IMG/VR virus record: IMGVR_UViG_3300049172_000060 | Span: 1 to 46,610 of that record | Strand: one strand, 5' to 3' | DNA from: a virus | Lineage: Duplodnaviria; Caudoviricetes | DNA: 46,610 nucleotides | Shown: piece after piece, positions 1 to 8,158 of the stretch | Position numbering within the stretch: position 1 is the first letter of the stretch | How the letters are laid out: each line of letters starts with the position of its first letter | Made by a program: the position numbers and the translations under genes | Notes under the pieces: model-generated | Told to the model about the DNA's origin: nothing | Databases searched by the model: none | Seen by the model: the letters and a program-made list of their open reading frames with translations, nothing else

Positions 1-127
1 ATGGTGTCCAAGACAATTGTATCGAAGCGTTCGCCATCGTAATGGACGAACTTGCCCTCTTCGATAAGCGGAATCATTCTCCGTGTCCAATCCCAGTTTT
101 TAAACGGGATCACACGGACGTTTTTTT
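1..127. repeat. 127-bp terminal direct repeat (identical to 46484-46610); assembly circularisation overlap
   Basis: ATGGTGTCCAAGACAATTG...GGACGTTTTTTT is present at both window ends and falls inside a continuous ORF. Confidence 0.95.
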
Positions 128-341
128 CGATCTCAGGGTGATTTGCCAGAGCCGACGAACCAGCGAGCTCATTCGTAATAAGCGCGATTCGTCTGCCCAA
201 TCGACAGGCGAGAACCGTTTTACCTAGGCCCGCTTCCGAGAAAATCAGAACGACCTTGGCCGTGATTTCATCAGGTCGTCTCGATTTCTTTTCGAGCCAT
301 TTGAGCATCAGGTCATCAAGTGACCGGTCCACTTCCGCCAT
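1..341 (-). CDS. AAA ATPase (Sak4/AAA_24-like recombination protein), N-terminal part; gene continues across the junction into 46483-46042
   Basis: ATG at 341 after AAGGAGG; reads MAEVDRSLDDLMLKWLEKK...VVLIFSEAGLGKT (Walker A) and joins in frame to ...VIPFKNWDW. Confidence 0.8.
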   Translation of the reverse strand, partial: MAEVDRSLDDLMLKWLEKKSRRPDEITAKVVLIFSEAGLGKTVLACRLGRRIALITNELAGSSALANHPEIEKNVRVIPFKNWDWTRRMIPLIEEGKFVHYDGERFDTIVLDT

Positions 342-561
342 TCTCGCCCCCCTCCTTGATTGGAATTAGTGGCGCAACCTCGATTGAATAAATCGTAATT
401 GCGCTCAAGCCGTCCGCAACAAACAGCTCAGCCGCCTTTTTTACTGCGGCTTTTTCGTCGGCCACATTAAATACTCTGCACCACGGATTTGTTGCACCGC
501 GTTCAGAATGCCAAACAGTAGCCGACCAAACAGGCAGATCGAAATCAATGCTACCGCTCAC
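316..561 (-). CDS. hypothetical protein
   Basis: ORF packed between nuclease and ATPase genes; start uncertain (561 or 591). Confidence 0.6.
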   Translation of the reverse strand: MSGSIDFDLPVWSATVWHSERGATNPWCRVFNVADEKAAVKKAAELFVADGLSAITIYSIEVAPLIPIKEGGENGGSGPVT

Positions 562-1507
562 GACGAATCTCTTCCAAGGGCGGATACCCATAGTCGTTCT
601 TCTTCAGCGTTGCCGCAATGACGTCGCTGGGATCCTTGCCCTCAAATGTGATGTCGCAAAGATCCTTGAAGTCGCAATACTGGCAGGCCATTGAACCCAA
701 AGCGGCTCGGGCTTCGGCGACGAATTCCTCCCACGAAAGCCGCTTGTAATAGGCCAGCTTTACCGCCGTCTTCATGTGATTGTTGAAGACGCTTTCGAGA
801 CGAGGGGTGGTGTAATCCTTGAAGCTACGCCGAAACAATGTGAACGGGGTCGCATTGTTGAGGTTCTGAATCTTTGTGTTGATCTGGTTCACAATGACTC
901 GACGAACCACAGGCTTTGGCTTACCCGCAAAACGGGCAGCACGCAGAGCAAGAATGTACAGCGGGAACTGTGAATTCAAATTCAGCTTGTAGTCGGGCCA
1001 AAAGCCAGCGCTGAACTTGTGATCGAGCGGCGACGTTTCACCCTTGAACTTACCAGCCTTCTGGTAAATGGTGACATCAAGCCTGCTCGGCAAATAGAAG
1101 TCGTGCTCACCCTCAAATTCCTGAGCGTGGAAAGCTTCGACTTCGAGAATTTCCCAATACTTGGCGTCGTCCTCATAGTGCAGGAAGTACTTTTCGAGGA
1201 CATCGTGAAGCCAATTGAGCATGTTGAGACGCTTCGGGTCACAAAAGTCACCAGCGAGGATTTCCTCTTCGCGAAGCTTTTGAATCTCCTTCATTGCTTC
1301 GCTTGCGGCGAAATCAGGGTCTTCGCCATCGCGCAGACCCTTATAGTATGTTTCGAGTGCAGTATGTCCAATGATTCCGCGCATGCGGGCATCAGACCCG
1401 CCGGACTTTGTGTAATGCATTTCGGGGTGGAATGCGAAACCCCAAGCCAATTCGCATGCATATGCGCCCATGGCTTCAGTGTTGGAAATGCCAACCTGAT
1501 TGGTCAT
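551..1507 (-). CDS. PD-(D/E)XK exonuclease, Cas4/RecB-AddB-like
   Basis: N-terminal Cys (YACE), GIIGH, E..RLD..DHK nuclease motifs, QFPLY, C-terminal CQYCDFKDLC Fe-S-type cluster. Confidence 0.85.
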   Translation of the reverse strand: MTNQVGISNTEAMGAYACELAWGFAFHPEMHYTKSGGSDARMRGIIGHTALETYYKGLRDGEDPDFAASEAMKEIQKLREEEILAGDFCDPKRLNMLNWLHDVLEKYFLHYEDDAKYWEILEVEAFHAQEFEGEHDFYLPSRLDVTIYQKAGKFKGETSPLDHKFSAGFWPDYKLNLNSQFPLYILALRAARFAGKPKPVVRRVIVNQINTKIQNLNNATPFTLFRRSFKDYTTPRLESVFNNHMKTAVKLAYYKRLSWEEFVAEARAALGSMACQYCDFKDLCDITFEGKDPSDVIAATLKKNDYGYPPLEEIRRER

Positions 1508-1596
1508 GCTCTTACCTTTTCTTTTGTGCGCACATTACCGTCGGCCACAACAGTAATATACTGAGACTTTTTGCGTTACTTCGGACCGGCCAGTCT

Positions 1597-1881
1597 TTAG
1601 TAACAAGGCGGGCAATAAAACGTTCGCTCAATCAGTTTGCCATTTGATAGTGAGACTATTTTGGATTCCCACTTTGGGTCACTGCGAAGCAAAACGAATT
1701 CACCACCACAGTCAGCGCAATCGCGCAAAACGACATCCGGTGATGGCTTGCCACAGAGGCAGCATACCACATGGCCGGTACCCGGTTCGACCACCCATTT
1801 AGCTTGCTTTAGGCCGAATGAGTGATAACAGGCGACTTGGGTGCGTTCAGCCGTGGTTAGGCGTTTTGGTTCGTTTGTCAC
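1597..1881 (-). CDS. hypothetical Cys-rich (zinc-binding) protein
   Basis: CCLC, CADC and CPPC pairs; GTG start at 1881 preferred over the track start. Confidence 0.6.
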   Translation of the reverse strand: MTNEPKRLTTAERTQVACYHSFGLKQAKWVVEPGTGHVVCCLCGKPSPDVVLRDCADCGGEFVLLRSDPKWESKIVSLSNGKLIERTFYCPPCY

Positions 1882-2206
1882 ACTTCGCCCCGTATCGCGA
1901 ATACGCCGCTGTTTTTGAAATGCCCAAGACCCCACCAATGTCATTCCATGACATGTAATTTGGATCAGCCTTTGGGAGATTATTGGCGTCGAAAATTTCG
2001 GTTTCTATGAAAACATTCAGGATGTCAACCATCTTTTGTGCAAGACGAATTCTTTCGCAATGGCTCCCTCGACTTGTTTCGAGAAGTCTGGAAAGAAAAG
2101 CTCCAGCACGAATCAGCTTTTCACGTTGCTGCATGACGCCCCCTATATAACTTAACCTCCTTCCCTTCTCGCCTGAATTCAGGGCTTGAACCGGGTCGCT
2201 GTCCAT
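1847..2206 (-). CDS. helix-turn-helix DNA-binding protein
   Basis: MSWNDIGGVLGISKTAAYSRYG is an actinobacterial-type HTH. Confidence 0.7.
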   Translation of the reverse strand: MDSDPVQALNSGEKGRRLSYIGGVMQQREKLIRAGAFLSRLLETSRGSHCERIRLAQKMVDILNVFIETEIFDANNLPKADPNYMSWNDIGGVLGISKTAAYSRYGAKCDKRTKTPNHG

Positions 2207-2251
2207 TTTTACAGTCCTCTCACCAATCTGTTACGAGGTGACGACATTCGT

Positions 2252-2521
2252 TCACTCGATGGGGTGAACTTCAATGTACTTTGCTTCCATTACCCGAGGC
2301 TTACATGGGTAAAACTCCCCCATCGTGCCCTGAAGAATTACATCGCCAACTCTTGCTTTACTTGTACCTTCAGTTGTCTCAATACACAAGACCTCTCGGC
2401 CATTTGCTTTTTCGATAAAAGCAAGGGGCCCGCAGAAATCGCGGATCTCATCAAAATTATCGCCAGTCCATACAATTCCAGTCACTTCAACTGGTTTGGC
2501 GATGTAGGTTTTAATGGTCAT
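2252..2521 (-). CDS. conserved phage hypothetical protein
   Basis: KPVEV..WTGDN...IETTEG...VGD.I..G..GEFYPCKP pattern is common in small phage proteins; start at MTIK. Confidence 0.75.
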   Translation of the reverse strand: MTIKTYIAKPVEVTGIVWTGDNFDEIRDFCGPLAFIEKANGREVLCIETTEGTSKARVGDVILQGTMGEFYPCKPRVMEAKYIEVHPIE

Positions 2522-2777
2522 AAAGCGCCCCACCCTCATTTTCCCAAGCTGCAATAATTGCTTTTTCCGCCCTAGCCCTTCTCCTTTGCTTCGTACTCTT
2601 TTTCACCCCCTTCCCAGTTCTTGACGTAATGTGCCAAATGTAACCCTCGCAGATATCGCAAAGGTAAGCCCTCAATGGCTTCTTAAGCTTGCCCTGTAAG
2701 CCTGAAATCATGTACTCAGCTTTAGACCTATCCTTAAATACCCATTTCTTTTTGCATTCAGTCCTTCGCCTTGACAA
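2511..2777 (-). CDS. hypothetical protein with RAYxCxxC..WHxTS zinc motif
   Basis: RAYLCDICEGYIWHITS; probable TTG start at 2777. Confidence 0.65.
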   Translation of the reverse strand: MSRRRTECKKKWVFKDRSKAEYMISGLQGKLKKPLRAYLCDICEGYIWHITSRTGKGVKKSTKQRRRARAEKAIIAAWENEGGALYDH

Positions 2778-3318
2778 TCTTTCGGCCTTCCCAGAACTTT
2801 TCGTTTTCCAACAAATCTTCCACAGTCGCCACAATAGGCTGATGCTTCGTGAGAATGTATTCGTCACGAATGTACACTTCGTCATTCAAAGTGTGCCACC
2901 TGTTATGACAACTGTGACAGATTCGGTGAACGTTACCCTTTTCATTGCTGGTGGTGTTTTTATCGGGCCCATGATGACGCGCCTGCTGAACATTCGCAGC
3001 GCAGCCCGTAATTGGGAACTTACCCCCACCGCAATTCTTCTTCATAGCCCATTCGCAAGTGCCCGGGTTAGCTTTGTCAATTGGGTACCAGCGTGCGGCT
3101 TGCTTTCGGCCTGTGCTATTTTGGTCGACGTACGTTGAGGGGTCCTTATAAGTGCGTCGCTCTACTTCTTCCTCATCTTCCGAATCAGTTTGGTCACCAG
3201 CCAAATCGCTAGTGTCCAAAACGTCACCAGAAAGATCAGGCTCAGCAGGTCCATTATTGCATTCCTCTACAGTTCGGCATTCATGTTCAAGACCAACATA
3301 GTGAGCGACGCACTTCAT
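2758..3318 (-). CDS. HNH endonuclease-like protein
   Basis: ARHHGPDKNTTSNEKGNVHRICHSCHNRWH HNH-type motif. Confidence 0.7.
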   Translation of the reverse strand: MKCVAHYVGLEHECRTVEECNNGPAEPDLSGDVLDTSDLAGDQTDSEDEEEVERRTYKDPSTYVDQNSTGRKQAARWYPIDKANPGTCEWAMKKNCGGGKFPITGCAANVQQARHHGPDKNTTSNEKGNVHRICHSCHNRWHTLNDEVYIRDEYILTKHQPIVATVEDLLENEKFWEGRKIVKAKD

Positions 3319-3329
3319 AAGCCCCCAAA

Positions 3330-3569
3330 TTACCTGACTATTGTCTTACGCCCTCGCATGGGGCGAAGAATCAAATTGCGGTCGAGGAGAATTTCCCTCA
3401 CCCTGGTAATGGTATGTTCGCCAACTTTGTAAATATTGACAAGAGCTGCTGTAGTAGGAATCGCTTCCGTCTGCTTATAAAAGCCCTGTTCAATAGCAGC
3501 CTGTAAATCATCTGCGATTTGCCGAGCCTTTGTTTCACTGTAAGGGGTTCGACCCCGCTGCTTTCTCAT
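3330..3569 (-). CDS. GntR-family winged-HTH regulator (DNA-binding domain only)
   Basis: RQIADDLQAAIEQG.Y.....IPTTAALVNIYKVGEHTI.R....L...LI....GRKT.V. Confidence 0.8.
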   Translation of the reverse strand: MRKQRGRTPYSETKARQIADDLQAAIEQGFYKQTEAIPTTAALVNIYKVGEHTITRVREILLDRNLILRPMRGRKTIVR

Positions 3570-3778
3570 TCAGGCATACCATCCTCGTGCCACTTCATGT
3601 GCTGAAACTTAATGTCTTCAGCTTCGTCCTGGTCGTCGGTGAAATCAACTATAGTGTTAATGCACCGCTCGTGATTACAAATGATGTCACGCCAATAGTT
3701 TTTAGGGTTAATCCTAATCATAACCTCAGGTACGTCGCTCAAAGGTTCACTCCGAAATTCCAGCCACGTTGTTGCCAT
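3566..3778 (-). CDS. hypothetical protein
   Basis: MATTWLEF start after AAAGGTGG; the upstream track extension lies in a structured non-coding region. Confidence 0.65.
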   Translation of the reverse strand: MATTWLEFRSEPLSDVPEVMIRINPKNYWRDIICNHERCINTIVDFTDDQDEAEDIKFQHMKWHEDGMPE

Positions 3779-3814
3779 TAGGCCACCTTTTGACAAAACG
3801 GTTTTGGGTACAAA

Positions 3815-4193
3815 ATTAGCGGCACTTTTGGGAGTCTGCGCCACAGTTGTTTGAACATAGTCGGAGAATGTTCAAACGCGTGAAAGTTTTTGGTGGCCGC
3901 CTCAAACTTCACACTGCGCGCACTTGCCAAAAGTGCCGCTAATCTTAAGTTTCCCCTTTCCCCCCGGTGTAAGAAAGGTCAAGAACCACCAGGGGGAATT
4001 AAAGGGAAGCAACTGCCCCAGGTAGTCTCGAACCTAGGGCAACCCGCTCACGAGTAGTATAGCCCAAAGGGCAGGCGTAGGAACCCCTGACAAGCCTCTC
4101 AGATCGTGTGAAATGAGACAACTTGTGTTGTGCGGGGGATCACTCGCCTAGAGTAGTCACCTTGCGTACCGGCCACTAGTGCGCTAGGTGACT
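3815..4193 (-). ncRNA. candidate structured non-coding RNA cluster
   Basis: ORF-free region; perfect 17-bp inverted repeat 3815-3831/3927-3943 encloses two hairpins; further hairpins at 3949-4010, 4014-4041 and 4155-4193; G-U pairs favour the minus strand. Confidence 0.55.
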
Positions 4194-4198
4194 GAAAA

Positions 4199-4378
4199 CT
4201 AACCCTCCAAAAACCAAACCTGATTCAAAACGTTAAGCTCATAATTGAAATGATGCTCAACGCCTTGAACGGTGATGGTTAGCTTTCCGTCTTCGTCTGA
4301 CACTTTTGGCTTGATGCGACGCCTAGCGCAATCAAAAAGTAGCGCCAGCAATCGGCCGACTTCTTTGTCGTCATTCAT
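4199..4378 (-). CDS. hypothetical protein
   Basis: MNDDKEV start overlapping the upstream stop; ends FLEG. Confidence 0.6.
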   Translation of the reverse strand: MNDDKEVGRLLALLFDCARRRIKPKVSDEDGKLTITVQGVEHHFNYELNVLNQVWFLEG

Positions 4379-4631
4379 AGTATTCCTGAAAACCTTCCGG
4401 CATTGCAACGTAAGTGAAGTAACTTTTCACTGTACTGTAATCATTCCGCCATGGGCCCAATCGACGCATATCAAATGGGTAGATAAATCGCTCATCCAGG
4501 AAGCGAACGAAATCGTAACCCATCCAGATGGAGTCTTTGGGGATCGTGGACCGTTGAGAAAACATCTTCAGGTCTACTTCTAAAATGAAGGCCCCAAAGA
4601 TTACTTCACTTTCCTTCAGGTAGAGTCTCAT
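4371..4631 (-). CDS. hypothetical protein downstream of Phd-like antitoxin
   Basis: ATGA overlap with the antitoxin stop; no recognisable toxin motif. Confidence 0.6.
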   Translation of the reverse strand: MRLYLKESEVIFGAFILEVDLKMFSQRSTIPKDSIWMGYDFVRFLDERFIYPFDMRRLGPWRNDYSTVKSYFTYVAMPEGFQEYYE

Positions 4632-4810
4632 CCCTCAAGGAACTTTCGCGCCTGCTTGTAGAATTCCATAGAAACGATTACTGCAACATCCTTACCCTGA
4701 AAGGTGAGGAAAGTTGGTTCGTTTCCATACTGAGCTCTGCCTACCGCCTCTGAAAGTTTAGCCCTCGCTTCCGTCATTGGCAGAGTGTGTTTTTCGTTTT
4801 CAGCCTTCAA
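4628..4810 (-). CDS. Phd/YefM-family antitoxin
   Basis: MTEARAKLSEAVGRAQYGNEPTFLTFQGKDVAVIVSMEFY matches the Phd/YefM N-terminal pattern. Confidence 0.85.
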   Translation of the reverse strand: MKAENEKHTLPMTEARAKLSEAVGRAQYGNEPTFLTFQGKDVAVIVSMEFYKQARKFLEG

Positions 4811-6893
4811 GGAACTTCCTCATCGCCTCGGCCAAATCGACATCGGCCTGGAATCCGTCAAGCATTTGCTTCTTCTGCTCCTGAATTGCATCGATCAATT
4901 CAGTTGCCGTGCCCTTGCAATGCAGCATGTGCACAATGGATTCATAGTCCGAGTCGATTCGACGCAGACGATCCATTGCCTGCTCTTCCTTGCCCGGGTT
5001 CCATTCGCGCTCAATCATGAGCAATTGCTGGGCGCCATTCAGGTTCAGACCCACCGATGCAGTCTTGTACTGGCAAATAAGCACGTCGTACTTGTGGTCG
5101 CCAACCTTTGTATAGTTGGTGTTGAAGTCGTCGATGCATTCTTGGCGAAGCGAATCCGGCATACCGCCAACAATCTTGGCTACACGCAGACCCTTTTCCT
5201 TGCAGCGTCGCTCCAATTCAGTTACCACGCTGCGGAACCAAGTGAACACTACAATGCGGTCGCCATCTTCGACGGCCTCGAAAGTAATGTCCTGCGCCTC
5301 ATCCATAATGATGGATTCACCAATTGGCGGAGTGCCAGGCGGCGGGAAAACAATCTGAGGGCTGTAACACTTACCTGGTTCGTCCTTGTCCTCATTCCAG
5401 CAAAGCGGGTCATGAGGGCAACCCTTGATTTGAATTCCATCCGGCCAACTTGCTGCCTGACGCATTCGCGTATACCACTGCAAAACTGCATCAGTAGTAA
5501 TTTGCTTGTCTTCCGAGAATGCGATTCGCGCCTTATCCCGCAGCAATCGAATGAATTCATGCTGCCTCGGGTACTGCTCCGGATCCAATTCAAGCCAATG
5601 GTGCTTGACTTCCTGTGGTGGCATTTTAACGCCAGCTGAATCACGAGTTCGACCGGTGTACTTCATTCCAAGCTTCTTTAGAAGTCGCTCGGAACCACCA
5701 TTGCCGAAAGTCCAGATGTACTTTTCGGCGCTGTAATCATAATCCCTATGACAATAGTCTTCGAGAAAGTACTTTTCCTTCGGGAAGCCTGTGCGGTCAA
5801 TCATGTTGAGCAGAGGGAACAATTCGGCAGGCTTATTCAGAATTGGCGTACCCGTCATGGGGAATACGTTCTTCACTGAACAGAAGTCGCCAAACTTGTC
5901 CTGCTCGAATTCACACGCGCCGCACATCTTACGACCCATGCGGTCCACGAATTCCTGTGCACCACATTGCGGGCAAAGATTCTCGGCGTAAATGATTTGC
6001 CGGACATCTTGCGAAGTCCTTGACTTTGTATCCTTGAGGACGTGCGCCTCGTCCATGAAAACGGTATCGAAACCACAAGCAATGAGCTTGTCATGGATTG
6101 TACGATCCTTACGCCAAACCTCGTAGTTCGTGATGACTACAATTGGCATTGGAATGTGACGGACCATGTCAAGGATATCCGCCTTTACGCCCCTTGCCGT
6201 TTGGTTCAGAACGTGCACCAAAGTCGGGTCAGTCCACTTTTTGAAAGCCCGCTCAAAATCAGGCAGCACCGACTTCGGCGTAAAGATGAGAACCTTTTGA
6301 GCTTTGCCTTGGGCGCGCAGCATGTCAATTGTAATGATAGCCTGAAGCGTCTTACCCAGGCCTGGCTTATCTGCCAAAAGACCTCGCTCGGCCGAAACCA
6401 AACGATGCGCGCCTTCAAGCTGATGAGGCAAAGCCTTCTTGCCGTCTTCAGTACCTACACGCCAAGGCTTGTTTGCTGTTGATTCATTGAGCGCCTTACG
6501 CATTGCAGCGAGCCGGTCAATTGCTGCCAGCTCTTGCAGAAGACGTGCACGCTCACGCTCGTAGATTTCACGAGTACGCTTGTCTTCACGGTTTTGTGTG
6601 TCGTTGTAGTGAATTGCCTCATCGATTGGCCTACGCCTACGAAGCAATTCAGTTTCGAGCATGCTGAAGTACGCCTTGATTAGACGCACGCGGTCAAGCA
6701 CGTCTTGAACTTCGAGCTTACTGAATTCTAGCTCGTCGTTTTCTTCTTTGCGCAGATCAATGACACCACTGATGTCAGGAATACGTACATTGAGGAAACC
6801 CAAGCGCTCGAAATCGTCATTCGACATACGCTTGTCGTAGCGATCCCCGCCAAATTGTGCTTCGAACGCTGACATATCGATGCGCTCGGACAT
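4800..6893 (-). CDS. SNF2-family (SF2) DNA helicase with zinc-finger insertion
   Basis: LLADKPGLGKT, DEAH, MTGTPILN, SVGLNL, WNP..EEQAMDRLRRI; CPQC/CGAC insert. Confidence 0.92.
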   Translation of the reverse strand: MSERIDMSAFEAQFGGDRYDKRMSNDDFERLGFLNVRIPDISGVIDLRKEENDELEFSKLEVQDVLDRVRLIKAYFSMLETELLRRRRPIDEAIHYNDTQNREDKRTREIYERERARLLQELAAIDRLAAMRKALNESTANKPWRVGTEDGKKALPHQLEGAHRLVSAERGLLADKPGLGKTLQAIITIDMLRAQGKAQKVLIFTPKSVLPDFERAFKKWTDPTLVHVLNQTARGVKADILDMVRHIPMPIVVITNYEVWRKDRTIHDKLIACGFDTVFMDEAHVLKDTKSRTSQDVRQIIYAENLCPQCGAQEFVDRMGRKMCGACEFEQDKFGDFCSVKNVFPMTGTPILNKPAELFPLLNMIDRTGFPKEKYFLEDYCHRDYDYSAEKYIWTFGNGGSERLLKKLGMKYTGRTRDSAGVKMPPQEVKHHWLELDPEQYPRQHEFIRLLRDKARIAFSEDKQITTDAVLQWYTRMRQAASWPDGIQIKGCPHDPLCWNEDKDEPGKCYSPQIVFPPPGTPPIGESIIMDEAQDITFEAVEDGDRIVVFTWFRSVVTELERRCKEKGLRVAKIVGGMPDSLRQECIDDFNTNYTKVGDHKYDVLICQYKTASVGLNLNGAQQLLMIEREWNPGKEEQAMDRLRRIDSDYESIVHMLHCKGTATELIDAIQEQKKQMLDGFQADVDLAEAMRKFLEG

Positions 6894-6899
6894 TTAGGA

Positions 6900-7037
6900 T
6901 TAGCCCTTCTTCTTTGACTTACGCTTGCGGCAGGGATCGCACAATCTGACAAACCCGCTTACCGTACTTGGTGTAAACCGACGCTTACAGTCAATACAAT
7001 TCATCGGGCGGGGGGTGATGTTGTCATACTTTCCCAT
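6900..7037 (-). CDS. small zinc-finger protein (45 aa, not in track)
   Basis: MGKYDNITPRPMNCIDCKRRF...LCDPCRKRKSKKKG fills the gap between flanking genes. Confidence 0.65.
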   Translation of the reverse strand: MGKYDNITPRPMNCIDCKRRFTPSTVSGFVRLCDPCRKRKSKKKG

Positions 7038-7217
7038 TCACTTCACCTTCTTTGTGAAGTAGCCCACAAAAGCATTCACGGTCATGCGCTGATCATTATT
7101 GCTGTGCTGATCTGATTCTTTGACGTATTGATACGTCACTTTACCCTGCTCTAGGTTTCGAACAATGACTTCCGTTCCTGCATTGGCTACCCAAACTTCG
7201 TTTTGCTCTGGTTTCAT
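7038..7217 (-). CDS. hypothetical protein
   Basis: MKPEQNEVW start after AGGAG. Confidence 0.7.
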   Translation of the reverse strand: MKPEQNEVWVANAGTEVIVRNLEQGKVTYQYVKESDQHSNNDQRMTVNAFVGYFTKKVK

Positions 7218-7237
7218 TGCTTTTCTCCTAGGTTGAC

Positions 7238-7373
7238 GTAACACACTGAGCCTCCCACCAATTATGACAGGGGTGGCTTTAACTGGCTTACCGCCAGGCC
7301 AACTCCCTTCGGTCGCTAGCCAGTCGGCAAACCAGCCTGCCATCCCCCGTCAAATTGGCGCTCAGCGTGTTAC
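7238..7373 (-). ncRNA. candidate rod-shaped structured RNA or processing signal
   Basis: nested stems TAACACGCTGAGC/GCTCAGTGTGTTA, GCCAATT/AATTGGT, TGACGGGGG/CCCCTGTCA, GGCTGGTTTGCCG/CGGTAAGCCAGTT; G-U pairs on the minus strand. Confidence 0.55.
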
Positions 7374-7900
7374 TTAACCACGTACCCCTTACGGAAATTG
7401 CCCGGCTCGGCGAATTCGATGAGATCGTCCTCGCGCAGAAGTGAAAACACTTCGCTCGCGGTCTTTGCGGTAATTTCCTTTTCAGCCATCATTTGCTTTT
7501 GGGTGACGAAATTATCCCGCGACACGAAACGCTTGTTAGTCTTACTGGAGATTTCTTCGAAATACTCCTGAGCAATTCGACCAGACAGGTGCTCAACATT
7601 GAACCTAGGCCCAACTTTTCCAGTCGGCTCAAGCTGGCCTTCAATCCTGGTCATTGCCTTCTTTGTTGCCTTTGAAGGGCCGAGCTCATTGATTCGATTG
7701 CGTGCCGGACGCTCATTGCGAACCGAATGCAGCATTGAGCCGATTTCAGCCTTCCTGAAACCGGTCATTGACTCGATTGTCTCGAAATCGAAGTCACGGT
7801 TGAGCTTATCGAGAAGCTTGGCGATTTTGTTCTTTGCTCGCTGCTCGTTGTAGTAACGTACTACTGCGAGCAGTTCCTTTTCAGCGGACGTGAGTGCCAT
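7370..7900 (-). CDS. hypothetical protein, possibly DNA-binding (HTH-like segments)
   Basis: 176-aa ORF; FETIESMTGFRKAEIGSML and a C-terminal winged-helix-like segment. Confidence 0.6.
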   Translation of the reverse strand: MALTSAEKELLAVVRYYNEQRAKNKIAKLLDKLNRDFDFETIESMTGFRKAEIGSMLHSVRNERPARNRINELGPSKATKKAMTRIEGQLEPTGKVGPRFNVEHLSGRIAQEYFEEISSKTNKRFVSRDNFVTQKQMMAEKEITAKTASEVFSLLREDDLIEFAEPGNFRKGYVVK

Positions 7901-8134
7901 TTAGTCCTCCGAGATCTGAACGCTGACATTGTGCTTGTTGGCGATGGGGAACGTGACCACATCACCATCTACCAGGCTTTCGAAGTTGTTGGTGACAACC
8001 TCCTGGCCGTAGGTGTTTTCAAGTTCGCGAAGCAGCGGGTACTTACTTTCGTTTGGGTTGGTTTCGAAGCTGTTCTCGGGAATCTTCTTATCGAGAACCC
8101 GCAGAACATACTTCACTAGCTTGACATTCGCCAT
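7901..8134 (-). CDS. hypothetical protein
   Basis: MANVKLVK start after GAAAGG; the upstream track extension overlaps a tRNA-like element. Confidence 0.7.
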   Translation of the reverse strand: MANVKLVKYVLRVLDKKIPENSFETNPNESKYPLLRELENTYGQEVVTNNFESLVDGDVVTFPIANKHNVSVQISED

Positions 8135-8158
8135 TTGATGGTGCCTTTCACTGGGGAG

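Noticed and set aside
551-1507. Cas4-like nuclease as part of a CRISPR system
   Set aside because: There are no other cas genes or repeat-spacer array; it sits in a standard exonuclease-Sak4-SSB recombination module.
7238-7373. SRP (4.5S) RNA
   Set aside because: It is rod-shaped, but the apex CC-GAAG-GG lacks the GNRA loop and the AGG/AGCAG internal-loop signature.
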